Origin: Mobula hypostoma
Taxonomy: Eukaryota
Length of the DNA: 64,000 nucleotides
Assembly: GCF_963921235.1 (NCBI RefSeq)
Contig: NC_086097.1
Location: 135,224,001 to 135,288,000, forward strand
Direction of reading: 5' to 3'
The position numbers were made by a program, and so were the translations under genes. Numbering within the stretch: the first letter of the stretch is position 1; the number at the start of each line of letters is the position of its first letter. Shown here piece by piece: positions 61,235-64,000 of this stretch. Under the pieces are notes generated by a model. That model was not told the origin of the DNA. It saw nothing but the letters and a program-made list of their open reading frames with translations, and ran no database searches.

Positions 61235-61960
61235 GAGTCATTGAACCAAACAGCACTGACACAGGCCCTTCAGCCCAGCTCATTCATGCCATCAGTTTAT
61301 CTACTGGGGTCATCCTACTTGCCTGCCTTTGGTCCACATCTCTCTAAGCCTTTCCATGTATCTGTCCAAATTCCTTTTAAATGTTGCAATTGTACCCCGC
61401 TCTACCACACCCTTGACAGGTTCCATATACCCACCACTCTGTGTGAAAACATTTCCCCTCAGGCCATTTTAATATCTTTTCCTTCTCACCATAAACCTAG
61501 GCTCTCCAGCTTTGGAACTATCTACCCTGGGACCACTCGCCTTTTATATGTCCCTCATGATTTTATAAATCTCTCTAAGATCACCCCTCAGTATCCCATA
61601 CTTCAGCAGAAAAAGGCCTAGCATCCAGTCTCTCCCTCTGTAACACAACCCTTTCATTCACAGTAAAATCTTTGTGAATCTTTTTCTGTAACCTTTCCAG
61701 CTTAATCACAACCTTCCCACAGTTAGGCAGATAGAACTGCACACAATGCTGTCAAGTATAGTCTCACCAATGACTTGTCAGTTGAAATGTGATATCCCAA
61801 CTCCTGTATTCAATGCCCCCTTTGAAGAAAGCAAGTGTTCCACCACCTTGTCTACTTGTGTCTCCACTTGCAGGTAACCAAATAGCTATATCCCTCAGTC
61901 TCTGTTCTATCACACTCTCCAGGGCCCTATCATTTATTGTGCAACTCCTGCCATGGTTTA
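61235..61960 (-). mobile_element. Old CR1 3' fragment
   Basis: LAF..GGIEYRSW remnant and CR1-like 3' UTR on the minus strand. Confidence 0.6.
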
Positions 61961-61964
61961 ACTG

Positions 61965-62805
61965 CTCTGACTCTGTTTTACATCTCTGACTAAGTACAGC
62001 TCTAACAACATATTCAAAGTTTGCTGATGACACCACTGTTGTGGGTCAAATCAAAGGAGGTGATGAATCAGCATACAGGAGGGAGATTGAAAATTTGACT
62101 GAGTGATGTCATAACAACAACCTCTCACTCAATGTCAGCAAGACCAAGGAACTGACTGTAGACTTCAGGAGAGGGAAACCAGAGGTCCATGAGTGAGTCC
62201 TCATCAGAAGATCAGAGGTGGAGAGGGTTAGCAACTTTAAATTCCTGGGTGTTACTATTTCAAAGGACCTGTCTTGGACCCAGCATGCAAGTTCAATTGC
62301 GAAGAAAGCACATAAGTGCCTCTATTTCCTTAGGAATTTGTAGAGATTTGGCATGACATCTAAAACTTTGACAGACTTCTATAGATGTGTGGTGGAGAGT
62401 GTATTGACTGGCTGAATCACAGCCTGGTATGGAAACACCAATGCCTTTGAATGGAAAATCCTACAAAATGTAGTGGATTGGCTCAGAACATCATAGGTAA
62501 AGCCTTTCCAACCAGAGCAAATCTACATGAAATGGTGTCTTAGGAAAGCAGCATCATGCATCATCAGAGATCCTCATCACCCAGGTCATGTTTCTTTCTC
62601 ACTGCTGCCTTTGGGTAGAAGGTACAAGGACCTCAGGGCTCACACCACCAGGTTCAGAAACAGTTACAAACTCGCAACCACCAGGCTCTTGTGCAAAGGG
62701 GGATAACTACACTCACTCGCCCAACCATTGAGATGTCTCACAACCAATGATCTCACTTTAAAGGCACTTTGTCTTGTTATCTCATGTTCTCATTATTTAT
62801 TGCTA
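61965..62805 (+). mobile_element. Rex1/Babar-like LINE RT C-terminal portion
   Basis: IFKVCADDTTVVG-like RT motif (FADD), KTKELTVDFRRG, HHPGHV.FSLLP.GRRY; stops present. Confidence 0.8.
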
Positions 62806-62809
62806 TCTA

Positions 62810-64000
62810 CAAACCCTATTTCCAGAAAAGTTGGGATATTTTCCAAAATGCAATAAAAACAAAAATCTGTGATATGTTAATTCACGTGAACCTTTATTTA
62901 ACTGACAGAGGTATAAAGAAAAGATTTTCAATAGTTTTACTGACCAACTTAATTGTATTTTGTAAATATACACAAATTTAGAATTTGATGGCTGCAACAC
63001 ACTTAACAAAAGTTGGGCAGAGTTAAAATAAGATTGAAAAGTACACAGAATATTCAAGTAACACTGGTTTGGAAGACTCTACATTAAGCAGGCTAATTGG
63101 TAGCAGGTGAGGTATCATGACTGGGTATAAAAGTAGCGTCCATCAAAGGCTCAGTCTTTGCAAGCAAGGATGGGTTGTGGCTCACCCCTTTGCGCCAAAA
63201 TTCGTGAGAGAATTGTTAGTCAGTTCAAAAGGAATATTTCTCAATGCAAGATTGCAGAGAATTTAGCTCTTTCAACATCTACAGTACATAATATTGTGAA
63301 AAGGTTCAGAGAATTCAGAGACATCTCAGTGCGTAAAGGGCAAGGTCGGAAACCACTGTTGAATGCGCGTGATCTTTGAGCCCTCAGGCGGCACTGCCTA
63401 AGAAACCGTCATGCTACTGTGACAATTATAGCCACCTGGACTTGGGAGTACTTTGGAAAACCATTGTCACTCAACACAGCCCGTCGCTGCATCCAGAAAT
63501 GCAACTTGAAACTGGATTATGCAAGGAGGAAGCTATATATCAACTCTATGCAGAAACGCTGGCGAGTTCTCTGAGCCCGAGCTCAACTCAGATGGACCAA
63601 AAGACTGTGGAACTGTGTGCTGTGGTCAGATGAGTCCACATTTCAGCTAATTTTCAGAAAAAACGAGCGTCGAGTTCTCCGTGCCAAAGATGAAAACGAC
63701 CATCCAGATTGTTATCAGCGAAAGGTGCAAAAGCCAGCACCTGTGATGGTATGGGGGTGCATCAGTGCCCACGGCATGGGTGAGTTGCATGTATGTGAAG
63801 GTACCATTGACTCTGAGGCGTATATTAGGATTTTAGAGAGACATATGTTGCCATCAAGGCGACGTCTCTTCCCAGGACGTCCATGCTTATTTCAGCAGGA
63901 CAATGCCAGACCACATTCTGCACGGGCTACAACAGCGTGGCTCTGTAGACACAGAGTGCGTGTGCTTGACTGGCCTGCTGCCAGTCCAGATCTATCTCCT
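62810..64000 (+). mobile_element. Tc1-like transposon: left IR/DR end plus transposase pseudogene; runs off the window end
   Basis: TA|CAAACCCTATTTCCAGAAAAGTTGGG; inner repeat AAAAGTTGGG near 63008; ATG at 63170; HTH region; WSDES, VMVWGCIS, FQQDNARPH, LDWPAASPDLSP; premature TGA at 63377. Confidence 0.92.

Overview
Eukaryotic, repeat-dense vertebrate DNA. The repeat repertoire suggests a cartilaginous fish, probably a ray (inference). (1) A complete six-exon + strand gene orthologous to human C8orf76: CDS join 3111-3224, 11967-12062, 23142-23285, 26885-27423, 31518-31650, 35870-36037; about 397 aa; all introns GT-AG with consistent phases. (2) Two candidate 3' exons of an unrecognised convergent minus-strand gene (59337-59029, 56042-55805). 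They splice in phase, carry one in-frame TGA and end in a GPI-anchor-like tail. (3) Many transposable elements, often nested: young and old CR1 LINEs (SGNH-esterase ORF1, APE-RT ORF2), Penelope-like elements, Rex1/Babar-like LINE fragments, tRNA-SINEs, Tc1/mariner elements, a full-length decayed Buster/Charlie hAT and a probable solo LTR. Most interesting signals: (a) all five CR1 ORF1/ORF2 junctions, from about four lineages, end ORF1 with T TTA AAC-stop or a one-base variant, with ORF2 in the -1 frame where traceable and no conserved AUG, suggesting programmed -1 ribosomal frameshifting; (b) hammerhead-ribozyme cores in the Penelope-like repeats, which also occur as TSD-flanked fold-back mini-elements; (c) the orphan minus-strand gene with an in-frame UGA. 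All family assignments come from motif recognition by eye; no database searches were run.
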